This document shows positions 18,600 to 27,566 of a DNA stretch of 64,000 nucleotides, piece by piece. Both the position numbers and the translations under genes were made by a program. This stretch comes from a virus (taxonomy: Duplodnaviria; Caudoviricetes). Location: positions 1,609 to 65,608 of IMG/VR virus record IMGVR_UViG_3300030372_003981; one strand, given 5' to 3'. How positions within the stretch are numbered: the stretch's first letter is position 1; every line of letters starts with the position of its first letter. The notes under the pieces were generated by a model. That model was not told where the DNA came from. It saw only the letters and a list, made by a program, of their open reading frames with translations, and ran no database searches.

Positions 18600-18935
18600 T
18601 TAATTTAAATTTAATTTTAATTTACTATTAATTTCATTTGAACTATAATAGTCTACATGTTTGATAGAACCATCAGTTTGTTCTGTTGGTATACTTACAT
18701 AAGGTGTTAATTTATATTGAGAAACCGTAGTCTTTGTTCCCCATCTGTTAGGCACAGCTATATCTGTACTGCTAATATCATACCCATCCTTTCTTAAATT
18801 ATATATAGTTGCTGATAACCTAGTGTTTCCTAGGTCTCTTATTGCTTCTAGACTTGTTATTGTTTTGTGTGCTTTTAGATAATCTAGTAGTCTTGTGTAG
18901 TGTGTTCCCGCTGTTCTTCTTTTTATTTTTGACAT
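18600..18935 (-). CDS. Winged helix-turn-helix protein
   Basis: LLDYLKAHKTITSLEAIRDLGNTRLSATIYNLRKDGYDI. Confidence 0.75.
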   Translation of the reverse strand: MSKIKRRTAGTHYTRLLDYLKAHKTITSLEAIRDLGNTRLSATIYNLRKDGYDISSTDIAVPNRWGTKTTVSQYKLTPYVSIPTEQTDGSIKHVDYYSSNEINSKLKLNLN

Positions 18936-19314
18936 TTTCCTTTTCCTTTATTGTTATTAATACTCCTGGTTTATCCTTGCTGTATTCATATATATCAAAT
19001 ATAGGTAGGAGGTGGTCAGAGCTGTCATCTTCCAACCAGTTGTATTTAACCATTAAATCCTGAACTGTTTGTAAGGGATTGACATAGTCAAACTTCCTCC
19101 TAGACTTCCTATAAAATTTGTAATGAATTACATACGGGGGTTTAAACCTTTCTATAAATTCCTTGAAAGGATATGTGTGTTCTAGATATTCACCTTTAGA
19201 ATCTTTTATATAACGCATTGTAGTCTTACTATGAATCAGGTACTTGCCTGTCCATCTTTTTCCATTCTTACTTGAAGGTACGTTGCCGTTAATAAATATT
19301 TCTAAATCATTCAT
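18820..19314 (-). CDS. rusA: RusA-like Holliday junction resolvase
   Basis: GNVPSSKN, RRKFDYVNPLQTVQDLM...WLEDD, PGVLITI. Confidence 0.7.
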   Translation of the reverse strand: MNDLEIFINGNVPSSKNGKRWTGKYLIHSKTTMRYIKDSKGEYLEHTYPFKEFIERFKPPYVIHYKFYRKSRRKFDYVNPLQTVQDLMVKYNWLEDDSSDHLLPIFDIYEYSKDKPGVLITIKEKENVKNKKKNSGNTLHKTTRLSKSTQNNNKSRSNKRPRKH

Positions 19315-19711
19315 ACTCTACTTCATTGGGGTCAGGTATGTATAGTCCTAAGGACGATGATGCAAACCTTTTGATTTCTTCTATGTATTCAGTCATCTCT
19401 TGGTTGCTCAACTTAGTAGTTGATTTCATTCCGTCTACCCAAATTCCTTTTATTTGATATCTAGTACGAAGAAACATTGATTTTAATATTTCATGTGCTT
19501 CTTCTTTATCATATCCTGTTTCATTTGAGACAAGCCTGACAACGACTGCCCAGTAATAAGAGTTAAGGTTCAGGCTACGCCTGTTCTTTTGCTCCCGAAT
19601 AGTAATGTATACATTCTTACCCTCATTACCAGACAAGTCTTTGTCAAACTGTTCTCTGTTTTGGAAAGTTACCTTTCCTTCTTTGATAAATGCTTTGTGC
19701 TTATATATCAT
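19307..19711 (-). CDS. NinB/YbcN-like recombination accessory protein
   Basis: RRSLNLNSYYW, STTKLS..EM.EYIE.I, GLYIPDP; TAATG-coupled start at 19711. Confidence 0.7.
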   Translation of the reverse strand: MIYKHKAFIKEGKVTFQNREQFDKDLSGNEGKNVYITIREQKNRRSLNLNSYYWAVVVRLVSNETGYDKEEAHEILKSMFLRTRYQIKGIWVDGMKSTTKLSNQEMTEYIEEIKRFASSSLGLYIPDPNEVEYE

Positions 19712-19881
19712 TAACACATGCAATTCTCTGTTCCAAATCCTACATTAAGGACAACTAATTTAAAACATCTTCGCGATATATCAAACTTTAATTCAAATAA
19801 AGTTATACCTAGAAATCTTAGTTCTAATTTAAATTTATCTTTTTGTCTTAGGTTTGAACCAAAATGATTTATTAATCTCAT
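19711..19881 (-). CDS. Small hypothetical protein (56 aa, not in track)
   Basis: MRLINHFGSNLRQKDKF...; fills the gap with coupled start and stop. Confidence 0.6.
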   Translation of the reverse strand: MRLINHFGSNLRQKDKFKLELRFLGITLFELKFDISRRCFKLVVLNVGFGTENCMC

Positions 19882-19883
19882 AA

Positions 19884-20432
19884 TTAAAATGGTGTTTGTA
19901 CTTCTGAAGTTCCTGTTTTATTTAACTCTAAGGCTGCTTCATAAGCTGCTCTATCCTGAGGTGACAATGGTTTATTATAACTTTCTTTAAACTCAATTCT
20001 CTTTCCTTCAGGATTTGCAAATTTATACTCTGTTCTTGACTTTATTACTGGTGTATTGGTGTCTTTGTCTGTAGTCCAATACTCCCTTGACGCTAAACAA
20101 ACCTCTATCTTATTACCTAGCACGCTTCTAGCTGCCATGTGTGGGTCTGTATAGGTTGTTGCTCCTGCTGCCATTAAAAAGTTTTTAAATATACTAGTTC
20201 TAACTTTAGCGGCTGCTTCACTGGTATGTGAATCAATTCCATTAAACTTTAAAAATGCTGCTCCGTTATTATTTTCTACAATAAATTCAAAGTATGGTGT
20301 ACCTTGGTACCCCGCATTTTCATCACTAGTTTTAAAACTTTTAATAGAAACAGTGTGAGCACCTGCTGCTAAATAACTCGATTGTGTATTTGTATTCGAT
20401 GTTATGTCGGTTTCTTCTAATTTTGGAAACAT
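19884..20432 (-). CDS. Putative ssDNA-binding protein (DUF669-like)
   Basis: AGAHTVSI...PYFEF; ends in TPF; lies next to a Sak4-like ATPase. Confidence 0.5.
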   Translation of the reverse strand: MFPKLEETDITSNTNTQSSYLAAGAHTVSIKSFKTSDENAGYQGTPYFEFIVENNNGAAFLKFNGIDSHTSEAAAKVRTSIFKNFLMAAGATTYTDPHMAARSVLGNKIEVCLASREYWTTDKDTNTPVIKSRTEYKFANPEGKRIEFKESYNKPLSPQDRAAYEAALELNKTGTSEVQTPF

Positions 20433-20460
20433 ATATTATTCGGTTTTTATATTAAAACAT

Positions 20461-20482
20461 AGAGGGCAAGTAAGTACCCTCT
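20461..20482 (-). terminator. Intergenic hairpin (weak terminator or stabiliser)
   Basis: AGAGGGTA/TGCCCTCT stem on the minus strand. Confidence 0.45.
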
Positions 20483-20563
20483 ATAAACTATCAACTTTTC
20501 ATTAGTGTATTATGACCAGAGGCACCAATGAAAACCTTCTTACTAAAGTAAATTTTATTCCTC

Positions 20564-21199
20564 TTAACTGTAATATTCTTCACATGCCTCTACAACCTTA
20601 CCTAGATTATTTGGAATGTGTAAATTCTCAAACATACCCATAGGACTCTTTGCAGAATCTCTACCTGTAGTGTTTGTTCTAAATCTGTATGATACCCCTT
20701 CATCAGTTGCTCTTACATCTGTAAATAAAGCCATAACAAATTCTTTCTCAACTCTTTTCTTCCACCTGTTACCATCTACTGCAACATAACGTTCTTCAAC
20801 ACCATTGTCGCCGTCATATACGCCATCAATAGCAGTAAATATAACATACTTATCAGAGTTTTTAGATTTATCTAGAACCTTGTCTATTTCTTTATTATAG
20901 TAACTCCATACATCAAAGCCTTTGTATCTTATGTCGGCCTCTCTGAATATGATTTCTATAAGAGATGTAAATGATTCTATAACTATAGTTTTGATTTTAT
21001 CACTTCCCATAGCTTTATCTAAAGCTGAGTGAAACTCTGATACAGATTTAATTGGAACATTCATAAACTCTTTTGCATTTTTGAATGGCAACTGCTTTCT
21101 TTCTGTATTAAGAATTGCTGTTGTCTTTGGATTTAAACTAGACAAGCTAGTTGATTTGCCTGAACCTGATGGTCCGACAATAATAATATTCGGTTTCAT
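20564..21199 (-). CDS. AAA_24/Sak4-like ATPase
   Basis: GPSGSGKST Walker A; NTERKQLPF; IVIESFT. Confidence 0.8.
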   Translation of the reverse strand: MKPNIIIVGPSGSGKSTSLSSLNPKTTAILNTERKQLPFKNAKEFMNVPIKSVSEFHSALDKAMGSDKIKTIVIESFTSLIEIIFREADIRYKGFDVWSYYNKEIDKVLDKSKNSDKYVIFTAIDGVYDGDNGVEERYVAVDGNRWKKRVEKEFVMALFTDVRATDEGVSYRFRTNTTGRDSAKSPMGMFENLHIPNNLGKVVEACEEYYS

Positions 21200-21420
21200 T
21201 TATCTTTCGTTTTTAAATTAAATAATTCGGTTTTGCTAATCGGTTTTTTCTTATTCTTAGACTGAACAAACTTAACATAGCCTTTGAACATAAAATTATC
21301 CCCCTGGTTAATTGTATGCTCAATCTCTTTGAAAGTTAATTGCAATACTTTCTTCGCTAAAGTCTTGCTAATTTTTAATTTCTTAGATAGCTCTGTTAAA
21401 GCCTGCTCATATCTAATCAT
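21196..21420 (-). CDS. HU/IHF-like DNA-binding protein
   Basis: ELSKKLKISKTLAKKVL..TFKEI...QGD.FMFKGYVKF; internal ATG preferred. Confidence 0.65.
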   Translation of the reverse strand: MIRYEQALTELSKKLKISKTLAKKVLQLTFKEIEHTINQGDNFMFKGYVKFVQSKNKKKPISKTELFNLKTKDK

Positions 21421-21481
21421 AGTATGCAAATGTACTAAATAAATAAGAAAACACAAAACAAAAAGGAACAAATAGTTAACA

Positions 21482-22774
21482 CTACATTGTTGGTAAATTT
21501 TCAAATTTAGTTAAATAATCTATAAATTTTAAATGCTTACTACCAATACCTATGTTCCTGCCTTTTGCAAATATGATTTCTGCTAAACCCTCTACTGAAT
21601 TTCCTCGTTCATCTACCCTTATATTATAATACTCAGGTCTATAAACAAATATAACTGTATCAGCAGCTTGCTCAATTTCCCCAGATTCTCTCAAATCTGC
21701 TAGAGTAGGACGACCCCCATCGCGTTTACTCACATTCCTAGATAGCTGAGAAAGTGCTAATACTGTTATATCTAATTCTTTTGCTAAATTCTTTAGTGCT
21801 CTTGTAACGTGAGAAACCTCTTGCTCTCTGCTACGCCCATTTAAATTATAACTAATAAGCTGAAGGTAATCAACGACCACCATATCTACTTTTTTAGTTA
21901 TAACATATTGTCTTATTCTATTTAACAAATATTTAAGAGAAGTATTTCTACATTCATCTATATATAATGATAAACTCTCAAGCTTTCCAATAGTTTGGTG
22001 TATCTTGGTCCATTCATCTTTATATATAGCTCCCTTTAACAAATGTTTATTGTCAATTTCAGAATCACCACTAACAATACGCATTAACATTTGATTTACT
22101 GACATTTCATATGAAAATACCACGCATTTAAACCCTCTTTTAACTGCATTTAAAGACACGTTTAAAGCAAAACTAGTCTTACCCATAGATGAAGCTCCAC
22201 CTATAATAACTAAGTCTTGTTTTTGCCATCCACTAGTAAAGTTATCTATAGAACTAAAACCAGAAGGAATACCTGTAACTCCTTGGTTGTTAACATTTTT
22301 TTCTATAGCTTTAACCATTCCTGGCATTTGTTCACTAATATGAATTAGCTTATCATTATTTACGCTTCCTATTTTTTGTAACTCAGTTTCTGCATAATCA
22401 ATAATAGAAAATAATTCATCGCCATCATTAACCTTTCTTGACAAAGCAGATGTAAAAAGCTCTAGTTGTGACAATTTATTCTTCTCTAATAGAAGTAATA
22501 TTAAATTATCAGCTAAATAAGGGTCATAAGCTTTTTGTGTGCACTCATGTGCAACAGTAATTGCTAAGTTTTTGTCTGAAGATTTATTATAAAAGTCTGT
22601 CATGTCACACTTTCCGTTTTCTTGCAATGATTTGTCAAGAACTTTATATAATTCTTTGTGAACTTTATCTTCAAATAAATCTATAGACAAAAGTGAATGA
22701 TTATCATAATATATTTTAACATCATTCATAATTTTACCAAGCAATACCCTTTCTAAATAATTTCTATCTTTCAT
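21482..22774 (-). CDS. dnaB: Replicative DNA helicase DnaB
   Basis: GGASSMGKT, FSYEMS, VDYLQL, LSQLSR, DLRESGEIEQAAD. Confidence 0.95.
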   Translation of the reverse strand: MKDRNYLERVLLGKIMNDVKIYYDNHSLLSIDLFEDKVHKELYKVLDKSLQENGKCDMTDFYNKSSDKNLAITVAHECTQKAYDPYLADNLILLLLEKNKLSQLELFTSALSRKVNDGDELFSIIDYAETELQKIGSVNNDKLIHISEQMPGMVKAIEKNVNNQGVTGIPSGFSSIDNFTSGWQKQDLVIIGGASSMGKTSFALNVSLNAVKRGFKCVVFSYEMSVNQMLMRIVSGDSEIDNKHLLKGAIYKDEWTKIHQTIGKLESLSLYIDECRNTSLKYLLNRIRQYVITKKVDMVVVDYLQLISYNLNGRSREQEVSHVTRALKNLAKELDITVLALSQLSRNVSKRDGGRPTLADLRESGEIEQAADTVIFVYRPEYYNIRVDERGNSVEGLAEIIFAKGRNIGIGSKHLKFIDYLTKFENLPTM

Positions 22775-23075
22775 CTCTTGTGTTGTTTTGTGGGGGCTTG
22801 TAAATAAATTTAGAATCTTTGATTATATCTGTCAATTCTGGAACTTCATCTTCCCATCTTTCATGTTTAATCCACCGCACAGGGTGAGGAAAGTCTGGAC
22901 ACCACATATTGTGAGTATCACAAGTATCTTTATATCTTTTTTGGTTAGATAAAGCTTCCATAATTGTAGCATATAATTCTGGCGAGGGTTTGAGCCTTTG
23001 CCATGCATCAAGGGATTGTTTTTTACCCACCTTGCGAGGGTATTCTTTCCAGAATGTATCAAATAAACTTTTCAT
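22764..23075 (-). CDS. Replication initiator/helicase-loader-like protein (C-terminal-domain type)
   Basis: FDTFWKEYPRKVGK..A...W...PHP.RWI..ERWEDE; directly upstream of DnaB. Confidence 0.7.
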   Translation of the reverse strand: MKSLFDTFWKEYPRKVGKKQSLDAWQRLKPSPELYATIMEALSNQKRYKDTCDTHNMWCPDFPHPVRWIKHERWEDEVPELTDIIKDSKFIYKPPQNNTRDER

Positions 23076-23296
23076 CCTTCTAATTTTTCTATGATTTCTG
23101 ACTCTAAGTTAATTAACCAATCATCAGCACATTCTAACATTAATTCCGTTACCTCTGTATCATTATAAAAAATTCTATCTATTTCTACATGAGCCCTAAG
23201 AGGTTCTGTGTCTGGATATTTTTCTTTTTGTTCTGGTATGTATGTATATTCAACAAGTAAATCGTTGTTTCCTATTTCAATATTATATTCTGCCAT
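23072..23296 (-). CDS. Hypothetical acidic protein
   Basis: Coupled ORF. Confidence 0.6.
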   Translation of the reverse strand: MAEYNIEIGNNDLLVEYTYIPEQKEKYPDTEPLRAHVEIDRIFYNDTEVTELMLECADDWLINLESEIIEKLEG

Positions 23297-23356
23297 AATT
23301 TTTACAATTTTAATAATTAATAATTAGTTAGCCAAATAGTTGGCAATGATAGTGAA

Positions 23357-23447
23357 CTACATAGGGGGGAGAAATCGGTAATCGTGAACACAAAGTATAA
23401 CCTATTAATAAATAAAGTTAAAAATGATTACAACTCCCCCCTTGTAG
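23357..23447. repeat. Imperfect long inverted repeat
   Basis: CTACA.AGGGGGGAG...GTAATC pairs with GATTAC..CTCCCCCCT.TGTAG around a ~42-nt loop. Confidence 0.7.
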
Positions 23448-23467
23448 CATGTGTGAATGAGTGGTGA

Positions 23468-24718
23468 TTAATTGAATCGTTCCTCACGCTTATCATAATA
23501 GTCTGCTATGTTATCCCCTTCTATACCCAAGCTTGCAACTAATACTTCACGTATCGATATGCATATAGCTGGGTCTTCTTGGAATCTATTATAGGTTTCT
23601 ATTATGGTTCTTGAATGATTTTCGACGAAGTTAACAAAACTCATGCAAAACAATACCCACTTTCTTATTTTATTATAATCAAGTGAGCCACTATGTTGTC
23701 TAAACTCTATAGTATTACCCCTATCTTTATAACTAAAGTTATTTAGATTGAGCCATTTATATCGTGTAGATGAATAGTGTCCATTTGGATTTCTTGACTT
23801 TTTACAATTATTTTTATTAAATCCTGATGAAGTGTTAGCAATATATTTTGAAAGCAACCTTAACATTCTTTTATATGTGAAGGGAAATTCTTTTTTATTA
23901 ATTGTTCTTAATTCCCTATATTTGTCAGGTATTACTTTACAATATGTATTACTTCTTCTTGACTTAGGTTGAATTCTAAATAATTGTGTTTGCATCATTT
24001 GTCCTAGCATAATAGATAGTATAGCAAATCTTCTATTGAAGTTAGCTCCACCTATATGAACATGAACACCACAAGTTTTATCAACATAACATGCTTTATT
24101 AAGAGCATCACATATGTTTTCTACTTCAACCATACCTTTATTACCCTGAAGAATACCTGTTACATATTCCATCCCGTCAATACTTCCATCAGAAACACAT
24201 TTAAGATTATATTTAGATGTATATTCTAAATACCCATCACATGTTTCCATTTCTACACCAAATGTATATGGCATTCCATATGTTTTGGTGAACATGGTGT
24301 CTTTGGTTCTTGCTGTGCAGTCCCACTCCTCTTTTTCATCAAACTCATCTTCTGGAATCCAATCTTGACGATTGTCGCTCCACCTATACCCTACATCTTC
24401 TGCCACACAACCGTCTTCAAAATATCTATCAGAATACTCTGAATACTCATATCCGCAGTCTTGATGAATAAAACCTTCTCCACCACTACTAAGTTCAACC
24501 CAAACCATGTCGTCCTCAAAATAATAAACTTGATTTTGATTACACCAAGATATACTATTAGAATCAAGGTCTTCTTGATAATAATATTCATCATTTGATT
24601 CACATAGTATAGCCTCATCTCTTTGGCAATATTCTCCATTTTGTAATAAAACACAATCCTCTTCATACTGCTCTTCGCCGTGCATGTCAATAACATAACC
24701 TTCTTTTAATTCTTCCAT
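23468..24718 (-). CDS. Putative amidoligase (COOH-NH2 ligase, Amidoligase_2-like) with acidic Cys/Tyr-repeat N-terminus
   Basis: FGVEMET, DGSI.GMEYVT, CGVHVHIG, TIEFRQHSG. Confidence 0.85.
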   Translation of the reverse strand: MEELKEGYVIDMHGEEQYEEDCVLLQNGEYCQRDEAILCESNDEYYYQEDLDSNSISWCNQNQVYYFEDDMVWVELSSGGEGFIHQDCGYEYSEYSDRYFEDGCVAEDVGYRWSDNRQDWIPEDEFDEKEEWDCTARTKDTMFTKTYGMPYTFGVEMETCDGYLEYTSKYNLKCVSDGSIDGMEYVTGILQGNKGMVEVENICDALNKACYVDKTCGVHVHIGGANFNRRFAILSIMLGQMMQTQLFRIQPKSRRSNTYCKVIPDKYRELRTINKKEFPFTYKRMLRLLSKYIANTSSGFNKNNCKKSRNPNGHYSSTRYKWLNLNNFSYKDRGNTIEFRQHSGSLDYNKIRKWVLFCMSFVNFVENHSRTIIETYNRFQEDPAICISIREVLVASLGIEGDNIADYYDKREERFN

Positions 24719-24729
24719 AATTTAAAGTT

Positions 24730-25662
24730 TTAGTATGAATAATAAATTTCTTGAGCTACATTAGACAATAATTCTTGAGCGTCCTGCAGGGCATCTATTT
24801 CATCTTTGTTTAAATTGTGATGAAACGATATTTCCTGTAATTTGGCCGCAACAGACTCAAGTTTATCTGCTTTAGCATAGTCTTCTTCTTCCTCTGTGTC
24901 CCAATCATAATTGTCATCCCATAAGTTGGATTGATTGTAAATGCTTGAGTGTGAGGGTGTTGAGTGGTGACTATAATTGTTATATGAACGCCAATCAGTA
25001 TTTATATTTACCTTTGAAGGAATTGGTTTGTTTTTAATATTAATAGTATTTATTAATTCGCCATTTTCCCATACGAATAGTTTATCTTTTTTGCACTCTT
25101 TTACTTTTTCGTCTTTGCCTGCTATATTTTCAAGGCCTTCTTTGAGTGAACTAAAATAAACACCTTCATCCTTTTTTAAATAAAATAATGGATTGTTATG
25201 TCTATATACATATAATTTATTGTCATTTGCAGTAAACAGCACAGCTTTTGTACCACCAAATAATCCTAAGTTATTGGGGTCTTCTGTGTCACCTAATACT
25301 TTAATAATCATTTCAGAATCAACAGTTGTTTTCTTTATATTAAACTTATTGCCAACTTCTATATAATTATTTAACACACCATTATGAGCACCAATTATCT
25401 TTTTGTGCTGAAATGGATGTGCGTTCTCAACAGTATTTTTACCGTGAGTTCCATATCTTGTGTGCCCTATAAGAACACTGCCTGTGTCATTTGACTCAAG
25501 CATTGGCAATATATTCATAGACTCATCTAATGTCTTATATATTTTACCATTTACGAACATTCCTGTAGAGTGGCCACCTCTGGAATCGTTGTCCGCTAAT
25601 AAATGTAAAGCCTTTAACACACTTGTGTTTGCTTTACCTGAAAAGCCTACTAATCCACACAT
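24730..25662 (-). CDS. Class II glutamine amidotransferase (Ntn hydrolase)
   Basis: MCGLVG start at 25662; SRGGHSTG, GHTRYGT, NAHPF, AHNG, VDSE. Confidence 0.9.
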   Translation of the reverse strand: MCGLVGFSGKANTSVLKALHLLADNDSRGGHSTGMFVNGKIYKTLDESMNILPMLESNDTGSVLIGHTRYGTHGKNTVENAHPFQHKKIIGAHNGVLNNYIEVGNKFNIKKTTVDSEMIIKVLGDTEDPNNLGLFGGTKAVLFTANDNKLYVYRHNNPLFYLKKDEGVYFSSLKEGLENIAGKDEKVKECKKDKLFVWENGELINTINIKNKPIPSKVNINTDWRSYNNYSHHSTPSHSSIYNQSNLWDDNYDWDTEEEEDYAKADKLESVAAKLQEISFHHNLNKDEIDALQDAQELLSNVAQEIYYSY

Positions 25663-25747
25663 ATTTATATTTTTTTCATTGTTAATTAATTCATGGTATT
25701 CATCTATTGCATCGAAGGGTATACCATTTACCCCTTCATCCCAAACC

Positions 25748-26230
25748 CTACTCATGTTTTGGTAAGTTTTCGGTTGCTATTACAAGTCTTTCTACTTGGT
25801 CTTTTGTTATATTAGCTCTTAAGTTTCCACAACTTAAAAGGTTTTCTATAACCCAAACTATTTTCTCTACTCTAGTATCTATATCTGTTCCTTTATCTAA
25901 TTGAATATAGGTTTCTATTGTTTCAAATTTCTTTTTAATTTCTACTTCTGAGTATGATTGACCGCTAGTAAGGTATGTTGGTGTTTGGTCGGTTTTTAAA
26001 AAGTGCTCTAATGTTTCAAATAAAGTTTGTTTTGTAATATTTAAATCAACTCTCACTCTTTTTCTTGGTGCTGAGTCTATAATGAACGCTTTACTACTTT
26101 CTAAATCCTCAAGCTTATAAGATTCTTCTTTGATTTGTTTTTTATTATACAAGGGTACAATATTGCTATTATTTAGATACTCACCCAAGGCTTCTCTAAT
26201 AATATTATAATTAAGTTTATGTTTTGCCAT
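25748..26230 (-). CDS. Hypothetical early protein
   Basis: 160-aa ORF with A-rich start context. Confidence 0.6.
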   Translation of the reverse strand: MAKHKLNYNIIREALGEYLNNSNIVPLYNKKQIKEESYKLEDLESSKAFIIDSAPRKRVRVDLNITKQTLFETLEHFLKTDQTPTYLTSGQSYSEVEIKKKFETIETYIQLDKGTDIDTRVEKIVWVIENLLSCGNLRANITKDQVERLVIATENLPKHE

Positions 26231-26353
26231 AATTTATTTATTTAAAAGTTTATAAAAAAAGGGGCGATTAGATGGTATACCAAATTCTACCCCTTATATT
26301 AACAAAATACTGTGAATATTACTATGAATATCACCATAATAAGAAACACAATA

Positions 26354-26605
26354 TCAACTACATCCATTATCTACTACTTCATATGAATACTCCCAGTCGT
26401 TATCAAATACTGTTGAACATGATACAAAATCTTCAGTTTCCATAAAAACCTTCCATTCTTCTTCAATGTCGTCTGACCAATATGCTTCATCGAACTCTAT
26501 ATCGTAAGTTGTGTCCATAATAAAATTGGTGTCTATATTTTTATCGTTAGATTCAGAGGAGGAAGACACGAACCAGCCCCAAATGTTTTTTAAGTATTTA
26601 TACAT
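26354..26605 (-). CDS. Small acidic early protein
   Basis: D/E/W-rich; ATG at 26605 preferred over the track start 26782. Confidence 0.5.
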   Translation of the reverse strand: MYKYLKNIWGWFVSSSSESNDKNIDTNFIMDTTYDIEFDEAYWSDDIEEEWKVFMETEDFVSCSTVFDNDWEYSYEVVDNGCS

Positions 26606-26660
26606 AGTAATAATTTTAAGTGAAACAAAAATGTAAGTTAACAAAAAGGAAAAGAACAAC

Positions 26661-26782
26661 TGCATATATGCATAGGAATTACCGCGCATGATGATAGTGA
26701 TTGCTTTGGGGCAGAGGCTAATGAACAGCCTGTCGCCTTGCGACGTAATTGTATATATAAACTGTTGCGTTAGCAACTCCAT
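26661..26782 (-). ncRNA. Candidate structured RNA (multi-hairpin junction)
   Basis: Three perfect 5-bp stems plus a 6-bp closing stem in a locally GC-rich stretch. Confidence 0.45.
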
Positions 26783-26785
26783 TGT

Positions 26786-26819
26786 AAAAAAAAAGGGTAC
26801 ATACCGAAGTACATACCCT
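26786..26819 (-). terminator. Rho-independent terminator
   Basis: GGGTATGTAC-TTCG-GTATGTACCC (two G-U pairs, cUUCGg loop) then T9, just after the stop at 26830. Confidence 0.9.
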
Positions 26820-26829
26820 AATACACATA

Positions 26830-27372
26830 TTATATGTCGTTTGATAACACATCAATCTTTTCATCGTAGTATTTCCAATCAACATAATTAAGCTTGTTAC
26901 CTCGCTTGTATTGTGCAAATCGAAACTCTTTACCACCAGATAAGTGCTTGTCAAACTCAGACAAAGTAAGTCCATTATCTTCAATCATAGAATACAAAGC
27001 TTTACCACGAAGTAAGTCTGTACCGTTTTTATGATTTTCAATAAATTCTTTAGTCAAAGATTCTAATGTGCAACCTCTAAACAAGACTGTAGAATATCTG
27101 ATTCTTTTGTCTGTGCTATCAGTGTGCTTTAGATTCATTGCAAAAGCTGGAACTTCTTCTGTTACATATTTATCGTCACGCTTGGTGTTGATAAGTAATG
27201 TAATATCTGCACAATCAAAAGCTTTTGGAGCTTCACCTCCAAGCATAGTGTAGTTAAGTGCAGGTTTGATAGTGAATAAAGTTCCTGTGAACTTGCCTTG
27301 AGATTTAACAGGCTGTGTTACTGAACAGCTATCAATATCTTTAACAGCTGTACCAAATGATTTTAAATTCAT
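26830..27372 (-). CDS. Hypothetical early protein
   Basis: 180-aa ORF with its own terminator. Confidence 0.7.
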   Translation of the reverse strand: MNLKSFGTAVKDIDSCSVTQPVKSQGKFTGTLFTIKPALNYTMLGGEAPKAFDCADITLLINTKRDDKYVTEEVPAFAMNLKHTDSTDKRIRYSTVLFRGCTLESLTKEFIENHKNGTDLLRGKALYSMIEDNGLTLSEFDKHLSGGKEFRFAQYKRGNKLNYVDWKYYDEKIDVLSNDI

Positions 27373-27437
27373 AATAAATAAAATTGTGTACTCGTTTAAT
27401 AATGGGTGAGTACATTACCCGATAAAGAAAAGAACAA

Positions 27438-27545
27438 TTACTTGTCCAATATGTCTTGATTAAAGTCCCATAGTAATAACATTTCTTCTTGCGTTATTAC
27501 ATCCCGTGAGACAGCATCTTGTAAATAGTCAAAATAAGTATACAT
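27438..27545 (-). CDS. Micro-ORF, 35 aa (MYTYFDYLQDAVSRDVITQEEMLLLWDFNQDILDK)
   Basis: Preceded by the same TAACCTTTAAT leader as the 27719 ORF. Confidence 0.55.
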   Translation of the reverse strand: MYTYFDYLQDAVSRDVITQEEMLLLWDFNQDILDK

Positions 27546-27566
27546 AACATAATAGATAATTAAAGG

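Noticed and set aside
25663-25755. 31-aa N-terminal extension on the GATase in the ORF track
   Set aside because: Ntn hydrolases need the catalytic Cys at the N-terminus, so the start is taken as MCG at 25662
27497-27550. 17-aa ORF MLCILILTIYKMLSHGM from the upstream ATG
   Set aside because: The overlapping 35-aa frame from 27545 fills the gap better and looks more protein-like
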